64,000 bases of DNA from an uncultured delta proteobacterium. Its GTDB lineage: Bacteria > Myxococcota_A > Polyangia > Fen-1088. The notes under the pieces are model-generated. The model did not search any database. It saw nothing but the letters and a program-made list of their open reading frames with translations, and was not told the origin of the DNA. The DNA lies in the NCBI GenBank assembly GCA_963767925.1, contig CAVYGB010000013.1, positions 192,001 to 256,000 of the forward strand, read 5' to 3'. Numbering within the stretch: position 1 is the stretch's first letter; each line of letters starts with the position of its first letter. Made by a program: the position numbers and the translations under genes. This document shows positions 38,528 through 48,338 of this stretch, in pieces.

Positions 38528-38572
38528 GTGCACGGGCACGAAAACGTGCACGGATCCGTCAGGCGTGCACGG
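38528..38572. repeat. Second GTGCAC-rich element
   Basis: cgtgcacggatccgtcaggcgtgcacg matches 31214-31241 with 1 indel and 1 mismatch. Confidence 0.8.
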
Positions 38573-38586
38573 AAGACGTGGCTAAA

Positions 38587-39576
38587 ATGCCCCCCGTGTC
38601 GCGCTGGCCGGACGAGCCCCTCGCTCGAGATCTCCCCCGAGGCTCCCTCGCCGCGGTCGCCTCCCTGATCCGGCTGGGCCGCCCGCTTTTCCTGGGGGGC
38701 GGGCTCATCCTGTATGGCCTCGGTGTTGGCGTCGCGGCCTGGGTGGGGTACCCGCCTCGCCTGGGGCCGTATCTGCTGGGCCAGGCGGTTGTGAGCGCCT
38801 TCCAGCTCATGACCCACTACGCGAACGACTACTTCGACTACGAGGCGGATCGGGTCAACCAGGCGCGCACCCGCTGGTCGGGGGGCAGCGGCGTGCTGGC
38901 CCGGGGGGAGCTGCCCCGCCAGGTCGCGCTCGTCGCCGCGCTGGTGCTGGCCGCGGTCGGGCTCGGCCTGACGGCGCTGCTGGCCCGGGGAGCGGAGGCC
39001 CGGCCCGGGGTGTTGCCGATCGGGATCGCCATGTTCGCGCTGTCCTGGGCCTACAGCGCGCCGCCGGTGCGGCTGCTCGCCACCGGGCTGGGGGCGCTCG
39101 ACGTGGCCCTGGTGGTGACCGGGCTGGTGCCTCTCCTCGGGTTTCACCTGCAGGCGCCCGCCGCCGAGCTGGCGAGCCTGCGGCCCCTGTTGCTGGCGCT
39201 GCTGCCGCCGGCCCTCTTGCAGATCGCGATGATCGTGGCGGTCGACTTGCCCGACGCCCGCAGCGACGCCGAGGCGGGCAAGCGCACGCTGGTGGTCCGC
39301 CTCGGCGCGGAGCGGGCGGCGCGCCTGTACGTGGCGCTGCTGGCGGCGGCCTACCTGGTGTTGCCGCTGGCGGTGGCGGCGGGGCTGCCCCTCGTGGTGG
39401 CTGCGGCGGCGGCGCTGCCCGCGCCGCTGGCGCTGTGGCGGATCGGGCGGATCCTCCGGGGCGACCACCGCGCGCCGGCGCGCTTCGAGGCGATCGCGTT
39501 CTGGTCGGTGGCCCTGCTGACCGCCACCGCCGCGGCCGAGCTGCTGGCCTTCGCCGGGCTGGCCGCCGCGCGCTGA
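38587..39576 (+). CDS. UbiA-family prenyltransferase (MenA-like)
   Basis: HYANDYFDYEAD; YSAPP; DLPDARSDAEAGKRTL; multiple TM. Confidence 0.88.
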   Translation: MPPVSRWPDEPLARDLPRGSLAAVASLIRLGRPLFLGGGLILYGLGVGVAAWVGYPPRLGPYLLGQAVVSAFQLMTHYANDYFDYEADRVNQARTRWSGGSGVLARGELPRQVALVAALVLAAVGLGLTALLARGAEARPGVLPIGIAMFALSWAYSAPPVRLLATGLGALDVALVVTGLVPLLGFHLQAPAAELASLRPLLLALLPPALLQIAMIVAVDLPDARSDAEAGKRTLVVRLGAERAARLYVALLAAAYLVLPLAVAAGLPLVVAAAAALPAPLALWRIGRILRGDHRAPARFEAIAFWSVALLTATAAAELLAFAGLAAAR

Positions 39577-39585
39577 CCGCGACCT

Positions 39586-40743
39586 TCAGGGATCGCCGGC
39601 CAGGCGCCGGGTGCCGGCCGCGACCCCACACAGGTGGCGGAACAGCGCCGGCCAGCGGTCGAGCAGGGCGAGGGCCCCGCGGGCCAGCCGGGGCCGCTGC
39701 ACCAGCGTCAGCAGCAACCGGGTGAGCAGGGCGGGCTCGCGGTAGATCCGCCAGCGGCGGCGATCGAACTCGGCCAGCACGTCGTCGGAGGCGTCGAACC
39801 GGGGCGGGTGATCCAGATCCAGCCGGCGCGCGAGGCAGCCGGCCAGCAGCTCGGCCGATAGCAGCGCCTGGGCCATCCCCGCTCCCGTGACCGGGTCGAG
39901 GGCGAGGGCGGCGTCGCCGAGCAGCACCAGCCCCGGCAACACCGAGCGGCGCGCGCGCGTCGACAGGGGCAGGCGCCCGCCCAGCTCGCTGCGCGGCTCG
40001 GCCCCCTCCAGCAGCTCCTGCAGCGCCCGGTGCTGGGCCACGGTCCGCTGGAAGAAGGCGCCCGCCGGGCGGGTGGCGGCGTCCCGGTCGGCCAGCGCCG
40101 CCACCGAGACCTCGCCGTCGGGCAAGGGGGTCACGTAGATCTCGTGACCCGCGCCGAGGTGGATGTCGACGTGGTCGCCGGCGGTGCGGCCGGGGGCCAG
40201 CCGGTAGTGGATCCGCAGGCCGACCCGGGGCCGCGCGCCCGGCGCCGCCTCGAGCCCGAGCTGCCGCCGCAGCCGCGAGCGGGGACCGTCGGCCGCCACC
40301 ACCAGGGCCGCCCGGCGGGTTTGCCCCTCGACCCGCACGCCCCGGATCCGCCCGCCCTCGAGCAGCGGGCCCTCGACCCGGGCGCCGTCGTGGGCCGCGA
40401 CGTTCGCCGTGCTCCGCGCGGTCTCGAACAGGGTGGCGTCGAGGCGCAGGCGCCGCTGGGCCAGGCCCAGGGCCGGGATCCCGTCGGCGGTGGGGAAGGG
40501 CGCTTGCAGGCAGCGCCCGTAGCCGCGGTAGCGGATGCCGGCAAAGCGGGCCCCGCCCGCGCGCGCCAGCAACCCCAGCCGCGCCAGCACCGCCACCCCG
40601 GCGGGCATGATCCCCTCGGCGCAGGCCTTGTCCCGGGGGAAGGCCGCCCGCTCGTACAGCTCGACGCCCACCCCGGCCCGACCCAGCAGGATGGCGAGGG
40701 TCGACCCCGCCACCCCGCCGCCCACTACGATCACGTCGGTCAC
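39586..40743 (-). CDS. FAD-dependent monooxygenase/reductase (SrsC-like position)
   Basis: GGGVAG, RDKACAEG, AADG, LLGDA...DPVTGAG; GTGA overlap with the upstream gene. Confidence 0.85.
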   Translation of the reverse strand: MTDVIVVGGGVAGSTLAILLGRAGVGVELYERAAFPRDKACAEGIMPAGVAVLARLGLLARAGGARFAGIRYRGYGRCLQAPFPTADGIPALGLAQRRLRLDATLFETARSTANVAAHDGARVEGPLLEGGRIRGVRVEGQTRRAALVVAADGPRSRLRRQLGLEAAPGARPRVGLRIHYRLAPGRTAGDHVDIHLGAGHEIYVTPLPDGEVSVAALADRDAATRPAGAFFQRTVAQHRALQELLEGAEPRSELGGRLPLSTRARRSVLPGLVLLGDAALALDPVTGAGMAQALLSAELLAGCLARRLDLDHPPRFDASDDVLAEFDRRRWRIYREPALLTRLLLTLVQRPRLARGALALLDRWPALFRHLCGVAAGTRRLAGDP

Positions 40744-41351
40744 GGCCCGCCGCCGCGGACCACCGGCGAGGCCCGGCGCAGGTGGGGCACGAAGCGGGGT
40801 TTTTCGCCCATGCGATCCCGGTAGACCGGATCGGCCAGCAGGGCGGCCTCCTCGACGCGGATGCGGTGGTAGAGGACCCAGACGTGGGCCAGGCTGCCGA
40901 GGGTGGCGGTGATCCAGGCGCTGTACACGAGGGGCAAGGCGAGCAGCTCCAGGAACACCGCCAGGTAGTTGGGGTGGCGGATGAAGCGGAAGGGGCCGCC
41001 GGTCACCACGCCGAGCCGGATCGAGTCCATCACCTGGACGTTCCAGTGGGGGCCCAGGGTGGTGATGACCCAGATCCGGAGGGCGGTGGCGCCGGCCAGC
41101 ACCCCCAGGGCGGTGCCGGTGATCGGGAGGATCGGCTCGCGCCGGCCCAGCCAGGCCTCCAGGCCGGCGCCGAACATCACGCTGGTGTGGAGCAGCACCA
41201 TCGCCCCGAAGTGGGGCTCGGGCACCCGGGCGAACCCCCGCCGTTGCAGGGCGCGCTGGCGCTGGCGCGACAGGCGCATCTCGAGCAGGCGCAAGGTCCC
41301 GACGGCGACGAGCAACAACCAGTAGAGCAGCAGAGAGGTCTTCAGTTCCAT
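40740..41351 (-). CDS. Isoprenylcysteine carboxyl methyltransferase family protein (SrsB/BpsB-like)
   Basis: TLGPHWN; GPFRFIRHPNY; RIRVEEAAL. Confidence 0.9.
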   Translation of the reverse strand: MELKTSLLLYWLLLVAVGTLRLLEMRLSRQRQRALQRRGFARVPEPHFGAMVLLHTSVMFGAGLEAWLGRREPILPITGTALGVLAGATALRIWVITTLGPHWNVQVMDSIRLGVVTGGPFRFIRHPNYLAVFLELLALPLVYSAWITATLGSLAHVWVLYHRIRVEEAALLADPVYRDRMGEKPRFVPHLRRASPVVRGGGP

Positions 41352-42397
41352 CGCAGCACACACAGCTCGGCGGTGAGGCCCGGACCGAAGGCGCCCAGCA
41401 GCCCGGAGGAGCCGGCCGGGGGCCGGTGCCGGCGCAGCCAGCGGTCGAGGACGAACAGGATGGCTGCGCTCGAGGTGTTGCCGTGCTCGCGCAGCACGTC
41501 CCAGGAGGGTTGCATCTGGCGGCGGTCGATGGCCAGCGCTTCTTCGAGGGCCTCGAGGATGCGCCGGCCGCCGGGGTGGAGCAGGTAGCTCTCGAGGTCG
41601 GCGCGGCGGAGCTGGATCTTGCCGAGCAGCCCGTCGACGACCCGGGCCAGCCCGGCCCGCAGGCGGTCGGGCAAGTCCTTCGAGAGCAACACGTGAAAGC
41701 CGTCGTCGCGCAGCTCGAACCCGAGGGCGTCGAGGGTGTCGGGGAAGAGGTGGCTCTCCACCTCGAGGATGGAGAGAGGACCCCGGGGCCGGCCGGTCAG
41801 CAGGGCGGCCGCCGCGCCGTCGCCGAACAGGGCGGTGGAGACGAGCTGCGGGACGCTGACGTCGTCGTGCTGGAAGCTCAGGGTCGGCAGCTCCACCGCC
41901 ACGACGAGGACGTGCCCCTCGGGGTGCCCGCGCAGGTAGTCGTGGGCCCGGGCCAGGGCGGCGGCGCCCGCGACGCAGCCGAGCTCGGTGATGGGCAGGC
42001 GCTTGATGTCGGGGCGAAAGTCGAGGGCGTTGGCCAGGTGGGCGTCGAGCGAGGGAATCATCACGCCGGTGCAGGACACCGTGATCACGAGGTCGATGGC
42101 CCGGGCGGGGACGTCGGCCTCCCACAGGCACCGTTCGGTCACCTGCCGTCCGAGCTCGACGGCGTGCTGGCGGTAGATCGCCATGGTCTGCCCGAGGCCC
42201 CGCCGCTGCCGGAGCTGGTCGAGCGGCAGCACGCTGTGGCGGGTGTCGACAAGCGCGTGGTCGAAGAGGGCCAGCACGCCCGCCCGGCGGTGCTCGGGCA
42301 CCGGCAGGAGCTCGCCCAGGCTGCGCTTGACGCTCTCCTGATCGAGGAGGTGTCGGGGCACGGCGGTCGCGGTGTGGAGGATGGTGGAGACAGCCAT
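41342..42397 (-). CDS. Type III polyketide synthase (SrsA/BpsA-like)
   Basis: Catalytic Cys (LGCVAG), His (HPGG), Asn (HGNTSS); ALFGDG; FGPG. Confidence 0.95.
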   Translation of the reverse strand: MAVSTILHTATAVPRHLLDQESVKRSLGELLPVPEHRRAGVLALFDHALVDTRHSVLPLDQLRQRRGLGQTMAIYRQHAVELGRQVTERCLWEADVPARAIDLVITVSCTGVMIPSLDAHLANALDFRPDIKRLPITELGCVAGAAALARAHDYLRGHPEGHVLVVAVELPTLSFQHDDVSVPQLVSTALFGDGAAAALLTGRPRGPLSILEVESHLFPDTLDALGFELRDDGFHVLLSKDLPDRLRAGLARVVDGLLGKIQLRRADLESYLLHPGGRRILEALEEALAIDRRQMQPSWDVLREHGNTSSAAILFVLDRWLRRHRPPAGSSGLLGAFGPGLTAELCVLRWN

Positions 42398-42493
42398 GAA
42401 ACCCGCCGCGTAGAGGTGGGTCCGCCAGCGGAGCGGGCGGGGTCAGGTTTACTACGCAATCTTTCGGGACGCTTCCCGGGTAGATTGAGGGCC

Positions 42494-44032
42494 GTGATCC
42501 GGAAGATCGGAACGGGCGCGGGCGCTCTGCTGACCGCCGTGCTGGCCGTCCTGCTGACCCTGGGGCTGAGCGCGGGCTGCGAGGGCGAACTCGCGACGGG
42601 CGACGAGGCGCAGGCCGGACCGACCCCGCGCTACATCCCCGGCGACTGCGAGGGGCCGCTTCCCGGGGGCCTGGCGGTCGAATGCGGGACGGTGCGGGTG
42701 CCCGAGCGGCGGGGGGATCCGACCTCGCCGGAGATCGCCGTGCAGGTGGCGCGGATCCGGCCGCGGGACGCAGCCGGCGAGGTTGTCCCGGTCGCCTACC
42801 TGGCCGGGCCGGCGGGGGCCAGCGGGGTGGCCAGCGCGCTCTATTACGCCGGGTGGACGCCTGACGCCTCGCTGCGAGCGCTGCTGGCGAGGCGGACGAT
42901 CGTGGCCATCGACCTGCGCGGGACCGGCGGCTCGAGCCCCAGCCTGCGCTGCCCGGGGGTGCGGGTGGCGGCCCTGCCGGGGACGGCAGCCGGGATCGAC
43001 CCCGACACCGCCGCGGCGCTGTCCGAATGCCGCGCGCGCCTGAGCGCGGCGCGGGTGGCGCCCTCGGCCTACGGAACCGCGGCGGCGGCCGACGATGTCG
43101 AGGCGGTCCGGCGCGCGCTGGGCGGGGCGCCCTGGGATCTGGTGGGCTCCGGCTACGGGGCCCGCGTCGCCCTCGAGGTGATCCGCCGGCACCCGGCCGG
43201 GGTGCGGGCCGCGGTGCTCGATTCGGTGCTGCCGCCCGAGGTGGATCTGCTGGGCGAAGAGGGGCCGGCGGCGGCGCGCGCGCTGGCGGCGATGGCCGCG
43301 CGCTGCGCGGGCGATCCCACCTGTCGGGCGGCGCATCCGGATCCGCTGGGCGCGCTGGACGCGCTCATCGAGCGGCTGGACGGCGCGCCGGTGGAGGTGG
43401 GCACCCACGGTGGCGCGGTGGTGCTGACCGGCGCGGCCCTGGCCCGGGCGGTGCTGGCCCAGCTCGCCGAGCCGGGGGCCGCGGCCCGCCTGCCCGAGCG
43501 GCTCGCCGAGGCGGGGGCGGGGGACTACGGCTTCTTCGCGGCGGTGCTCGGCGCCCCCCGCGGCGAGGGGAGCCTGGGCGCTCATCTGTCGGTGATGTGC
43601 GCGGAGGCCTTGCCGGCCAGCTCGCGTGCGGCCATCGAGGCGCGCGCCGCCACCGTGCCCGGGGCGGCCAGCCGGACCCTGGTGAGCCGGTTTTATCCGC
43701 TGGTCTGCCCGCTGTGGGCGGTGCCCGACGCGCCGGCCGCGTTGCGCGATCCGGTGCAGGGGTCGCTGCCCTTGTTGCTGCTGGCCGGGAGCCACGATCC
43801 GCTGGTCCCGCCCGGGTGGGCACGGCGGGTGGCGGCCGGGTTCCCCGGCGCGCGGGTCGTCGAGCTCGCCGACCAGGGGCACGCCCTGCTGCGGGTGCGC
43901 TGCCCGGCCGAGATCGCCGCGGCTTTCCTGGCAGATCCGACAAAAGAGCCGACAAAAGATCCGGCTGGAGATCCGGCGGGTGGCGCGGGCGCCTGCGCCC
44001 CGGCCTTGCAACCGGCCGCCAGCTCGCGATAA
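42494..44032 (+). CDS. Alpha/beta hydrolase (TAP-like) lipoprotein with nucleophile motif altered to GSGYG
   Basis: Lipobox SAGC; ECGTVRVP; DLRGTG; VLDSV; DPLVP; GHA. Confidence 0.8.
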   Translation: MIRKIGTGAGALLTAVLAVLLTLGLSAGCEGELATGDEAQAGPTPRYIPGDCEGPLPGGLAVECGTVRVPERRGDPTSPEIAVQVARIRPRDAAGEVVPVAYLAGPAGASGVASALYYAGWTPDASLRALLARRTIVAIDLRGTGGSSPSLRCPGVRVAALPGTAAGIDPDTAAALSECRARLSAARVAPSAYGTAAAADDVEAVRRALGGAPWDLVGSGYGARVALEVIRRHPAGVRAAVLDSVLPPEVDLLGEEGPAAARALAAMAARCAGDPTCRAAHPDPLGALDALIERLDGAPVEVGTHGGAVVLTGAALARAVLAQLAEPGAAARLPERLAEAGAGDYGFFAAVLGAPRGEGSLGAHLSVMCAEALPASSRAAIEARAATVPGAASRTLVSRFYPLVCPLWAVPDAPAALRDPVQGSLPLLLLAGSHDPLVPPGWARRVAAGFPGARVVELADQGHALLRVRCPAEIAAAFLADPTKEPTKDPAGDPAGGAGACAPALQPAASSR

Positions 44033-44214
44033 GCTAAAAGCTCTCTTGTCGAGCTTCACTCTGCTCCCGGTCGTAGTGCTCGTCGTCCTTACCGACGACG
44101 CCGGCCGGGTTCGCCTCGAGTGACATTCGCGAGAGGACGACCCAGGCCGGTAAGGCCGCGGGTCGCTCCTCCGAGTGCTCGCGGTCGCCGGTCGCAACCC
44201 CGGAGACGACGACC

Positions 44215-45381
44215 ATGAGCCAGGCAGCGAAGAGACAGCCGAGAGGAGCGACAGAGGCCGAGCCAGCGCGACCCGCGCGGGCGGTCCGCAAGCTCGCCCC
44301 GCCGATCGCCATCGAGCGCAGCGGATCGCCCCGACCCCGGCCGGCCGCCGAGGGACTGCGCTTCGGACAGGTCTTCACCGACCACATGTTCCGGATCGAC
44401 CACGCCGCCGGGCGCGGCTGGCAGCAGGCGCGCATCGTGCCCTTCGGGGACCTCTCGCTCAGCCCCGCCGCCTCCGGCCTGCACTACGGTCAGGCGATGT
44501 TCGAGGGGCTCAAGGCGGTGCGGGGGGCCGACGGCGCCGTCCGGATCTTCCGGCTCGACCGGCACTGCCGCCGGCTGGCGAGCGGGGCCGAGCGGCTCTG
44601 CATGCAGGCGCCCCCGCCCGGGTGGATACGTGAGGCGGTGCTCGCGCTCTGCGACCTGGAGCGGGACTGGGTGCCGGCGGCGCCGGGCACCGCCCTCTAC
44701 CTGCGGCCGACCCTGCTGGGGACCGAGCCCTTCCTGGGCGTGCGGCCGGCCAGCGAATACCTGTTTTTCATCATCGCCTCGCCGATGGCGGCCTACTTCG
44801 GGGCGGGCGGGGCGCCGCTGCGGCTGGCCGTGGAAGAGCACCTGGTGCGGGCGGCCCCCGGCGGGCTGGGGGCGGTGAAGGCAGCGGCCAACTACGCCGC
44901 CAGCCTGCGCGCGGCGGAGGACGCCCGGGCCCGCGGCTACGACCAGGTCCTCTGGACCGACGCCGAGAGCCACAGCGCGATCGAGGAGGCGGGCACCATG
45001 AACGTGTTCGTTCACCTCGACGGCGAGGTGGTGACGCCGGCCCTCGACGGCACCATCCTGGCCGGCGTGACCCGCGATTCGGTCATCGCCCTGCTGCGCG
45101 CCTGGGGCGTCCCGGTCCGGCAAGGGCGGATCACGATGCCGGAGATCCTCGAGGCCCGCCGCACCGGCCGGCTGCGCGAGATGTGGGGCTGTGGCACCGG
45201 CGTGGGCATCGCCGCCATCGGCGAGCTCGGCTGGGGCGATGAGCGGATCGTCGTGGGGGACGGGGGCGAGGGGCCGCTGGCTCGCCGCCTGGGATCGACC
45301 CTGCTCGACATCCAGACCGGCGTCGCCCCCGATCCCGACGGCTGGATGACGGTGGTGCCCGCGGTCCTCAGCGCGTCTTGA
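44215..45381 (+). CDS. ilvE: Branched-chain amino acid aminotransferase
   Basis: FTDHM, LHYGQAMFEGLKA, LYLRP, KAAANY, EAGTMN, ILAGVTR. Confidence 0.93.
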   Translation: MSQAAKRQPRGATEAEPARPARAVRKLAPPIAIERSGSPRPRPAAEGLRFGQVFTDHMFRIDHAAGRGWQQARIVPFGDLSLSPAASGLHYGQAMFEGLKAVRGADGAVRIFRLDRHCRRLASGAERLCMQAPPPGWIREAVLALCDLERDWVPAAPGTALYLRPTLLGTEPFLGVRPASEYLFFIIASPMAAYFGAGGAPLRLAVEEHLVRAAPGGLGAVKAAANYAASLRAAEDARARGYDQVLWTDAESHSAIEEAGTMNVFVHLDGEVVTPALDGTILAGVTRDSVIALLRAWGVPVRQGRITMPEILEARRTGRLREMWGCGTGVGIAAIGELGWGDERIVVGDGGEGPLARRLGSTLLDIQTGVAPDPDGWMTVVPAVLSAS

Positions 45382-46354
45382 AGATGCGAAACAGCAGATA
45401 CAGGCTCGGCGCCAGGATGGGCAGGCCGCCCAGCAGGGCGTAGACCAGCACGCGCAACGTGCGCGGGTCGGCGGCGGCGCCCTGGATCGTGAGGTCGTCC
45501 ACCAGCAGGTAGGGGTACTGGGCCGCCGCCCACCCGATCACGATCAGGGCCACCTGCACCGCCGCCAGCCCGCGGGCCACGGTGAAGCGGCGGCGCAGGA
45601 GGGCCAGCACCGCGCCGGCTGCGGCGAGGGTGGCGGTGATCTCGATGAGCCAGGCCCAGGGTCGCCCGGTGAGCCGGCGGGCGATGTGGGGCGCGCCGTC
45701 GAAGGCGATGAGCAGCGCGACCCCGGCGAGGACCGCCACCGCCGCGGCGGCGCCGAGCGCCCGCCGGCGGAAGTCCTCGACCAGCTCGGGGGTGCCGGCC
45801 TCGAGCGTCAGGTAGGTGGCGGCCAGGTAGGCGCAGAGGGCCAGGGCCAGCAGGCCGGTGATCACGGGGAAGGGGGCCAGCCAGGCGCCTGCTCCACTCT
45901 GCACCGAGCGGCCGCTCACCTCGATGCGGCCCGAGGCGACAGCGCCGACCACCATGCCGAGCAGCACCGGCGAGACCAGGCTGGCGATGGAGAAGGCCAG
46001 GCCGTAGCGGCGCCGCCCCGCGACCGCATCGAAGCTGCGGAAGGCGAAGCTCGACCCGCGGAAGACGACCCCCAGCAGGAACAGGGTCAAGGGCACGTGC
46101 AGGGCGATCGACAGGGCGGCGAAGACCGAGGGGAAGGCGGAAAAGACGATCACCACCACGAGGATCAGCCAGACGTGGTTGGCCTCCCAGATCGGGCCGA
46201 TGGCGTGTTCGATTGTCGCGCGTTGCCCGGCCTTGCGCGGTCCCGAGGCCAGCAGGTCCCAGACGCCCCCGCCGAAGTCGGCCCCGCCGAACAGGAAGTA
46301 GAGGACCAGGGCGGCCACCACGGCGCCCGCCAGCAGCAGCTCAGGCGCCGGCAT
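45368..46354 (-). CDS. cydB: Cytochrome bd ubiquinol oxidase subunit II
   Basis: GADFGGG; PIWEANHVWL; FRG; overlaps the cydA end. Confidence 0.92.
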   Translation of the reverse strand: MPAPELLLAGAVVAALVLYFLFGGADFGGGVWDLLASGPRKAGQRATIEHAIGPIWEANHVWLILVVVIVFSAFPSVFAALSIALHVPLTLFLLGVVFRGSSFAFRSFDAVAGRRRYGLAFSIASLVSPVLLGMVVGAVASGRIEVSGRSVQSGAGAWLAPFPVITGLLALALCAYLAATYLTLEAGTPELVEDFRRRALGAAAAVAVLAGVALLIAFDGAPHIARRLTGRPWAWLIEITATLAAAGAVLALLRRRFTVARGLAAVQVALIVIGWAAAQYPYLLVDDLTIQGAAADPRTLRVLVYALLGGLPILAPSLYLLFRIFKTR

Positions 46355-47642
46355 GGGTGTCCTCCGGCCCGGCCTCGGGGCCGCGCACCTGGCGGTACAG
46401 CAGGTAGGCCACGACTCCGCCCAGCAGCAGGTAGACCGCGGTGAAGGTGAAGAAGGGTGGGCCCAGCGGGCGAAACGGGGTGAGGGCCTCGGCGGTGCGG
46501 AGAAAGCCCCGCACCACCCAGGGCTGGCGCCCCCACTCGGTGACGAGCCAGCCCGCCTCCATGGCCAGCAGTCCGAGCGGGCTGGCCAGCACGATGGCCC
46601 ACAGGACGGGCCGGCCGGTGGGCAAGGTCCGGCGGCGGATCGTGAGCGCGACGATGAGCAGGGCGAGGGCGGCCATCGCCACCCCCGAGCCGACCATGAC
46701 CTGGAAGGCCAGGTGGGTCTGGGCGACGGGCGGCCACTCGTCGCGGGGGAACGCGTCGAGCCCGCGCACCACCGCATCGAAGTCGCCGAACGACAGGAAA
46801 GAGAGGCCGCCCGGGATCTCGATCGCCCAGGAGGTGGTGCCGGTCGCCTCGTCGGGCCAGCCGCCGATGCGCAGGGGGGCCCGGGGCTCGGTGCGGAAGT
46901 GGCCCTCGAGGGCGGCCAGCTTCACCGGCTGGTGCTCGGCCACGTGTTTCGTCGAGAGGTCGCCGATGATCGGCTGCAGGAACGCGGTCAGGCAGGCCAC
47001 CGGCAGGGCGATGCCGAGCGCCTTGCGGTGAAACGTGCTTCCGGGGTGGCGCAACAACATGGCCCCGTGGATGCCCGCCATGGCGAAGGCGGTGGCCTGG
47101 TAACAGGAGACGAGGACGTGCGCGGTCTGGGTGGCCCAGGAGGGGCTCCACAGGGCGGCCAGCGGATCGGTCGGCAGGTGAGGACCCGGGTTGTTCATGA
47201 AGGCGTTGACCAGGGTGACGAAGAAGGCGGAGAGGGCGCCGCTGACCGCGACGGCGATGCCCGAGAGCAGGTGCAAGCGGGGCGAGACCCGATCCCGCCC
47301 GTAGAGGTAGATGCCGAGGAAGATGGCCTCGGTGAAGAAGGCGAAGCCCTCGAGGGCAAACGGCAGGCCGATGAGCGGCCCGAAGCGCTCCATGAAGCCG
47401 GGCCAGAGCAGCCCCAGCTCGAACGAGAGCACGGTCCCCGAAACTGCGCCGACCGCGAAGAGGATGCCGGTCCCCTTGGCCAGGCGGCGGCTGATGGTGA
47501 GATATTCGGGGTCGCCGGTGCGCAGGTGGCGCACGTCGGCGATGACCAGCAGCAGCGGCAGGGCCACCCCGACGGCGGCGAACACGATGTGGAACGCCAG
47601 CGACAACCCCATCTGGGCCCGGGCATAGAGGAGCGCGTCCAC
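46341..47642 (-). CDS. cydA: Cytochrome bd ubiquinol oxidase subunit I (short Q-loop)
   Basis: FHIVF; GAVSG; EGFAFFTEA; QPVKLAALE; TEWGRQPW. Confidence 0.95.
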   Translation of the reverse strand: MDALLYARAQMGLSLAFHIVFAAVGVALPLLLVIADVRHLRTGDPEYLTISRRLAKGTGILFAVGAVSGTVLSFELGLLWPGFMERFGPLIGLPFALEGFAFFTEAIFLGIYLYGRDRVSPRLHLLSGIAVAVSGALSAFFVTLVNAFMNNPGPHLPTDPLAALWSPSWATQTAHVLVSCYQATAFAMAGIHGAMLLRHPGSTFHRKALGIALPVACLTAFLQPIIGDLSTKHVAEHQPVKLAALEGHFRTEPRAPLRIGGWPDEATGTTSWAIEIPGGLSFLSFGDFDAVVRGLDAFPRDEWPPVAQTHLAFQVMVGSGVAMAALALLIVALTIRRRTLPTGRPVLWAIVLASPLGLLAMEAGWLVTEWGRQPWVVRGFLRTAEALTPFRPLGPPFFTFTAVYLLLGGVVAYLLYRQVRGPEAGPEDTHAGA

Positions 47643-47742
47643 ACAGCCTTCTTACGCTGGCCACCGCCGGGCGCAAGTCGAACGGGGGCAGGCGCCGGCC
47701 GGGCCGGGACCTTGCCGGTCGGGCGTGGCAGACTGCAGGGAC

Positions 47743-48315
47743 ATGACGCCGATCCTGCTCTCGCTGCTGGCGACCCTGGCGGCACCGGTGCCGCGGGGCG
47801 AGGACGCCCACGCCCAGGCCCTGCTGGGTCAGCCGGCGCCGCCCCTGCCGGCGCTGACCTGGCTGGACGGCAAGCGGCGATCGTTGCGATCGCTGGCCGG
47901 GCAGGTTGTCGTGATCCGCAACTTCACCCGCGGCTGCCCCTACTGCGAGGGCTCGCTGCCCGCGCTCGAGCAGATCCACCAGGACTGGAAGGGCAAGGGG
48001 GTGGTGGTGCTCGGCGTCTACCATCCCAAGCCGCCGCGTCCGGCGGCGTCCGACGAGGCGGCGGCGGCGGCCCGGGCGCTCGGCGCCACCTTCCCGGTGG
48101 CGGTCGACCCGGACTGGGCGCTGGTGAACCGCTGGTGGCTCGAGCGCACCGCCGGCACCTGGACCTCCATCACCTGGGTGCTCGACAAGCGCGGCCGCAT
48201 CCGCTTCGTCCACCCCGGCGGCGAATACCACCCCGGCGGCGGCCCCGAACACGCCCGCTGCAACCGCGACGAGGCCGACCTGCGCAAGACCATCGCCACC
48301 CTCGCCGCGGAGTAG
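47743..48315 (+). CDS. Exported TlpA/redoxin-family thioredoxin-fold protein
   Basis: Signal peptide; CPYC; FPVAVD; LDKRGRIR. Confidence 0.85.
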   Translation: MTPILLSLLATLAAPVPRGEDAHAQALLGQPAPPLPALTWLDGKRRSLRSLAGQVVVIRNFTRGCPYCEGSLPALEQIHQDWKGKGVVVLGVYHPKPPRPAASDEAAAAARALGATFPVAVDPDWALVNRWWLERTAGTWTSITWVLDKRGRIRFVHPGGEYHPGGGPEHARCNRDEADLRKTIATLAAE

Positions 48316-48338
48316 GCCCCCGCGGCCGGGCCTCTCGT

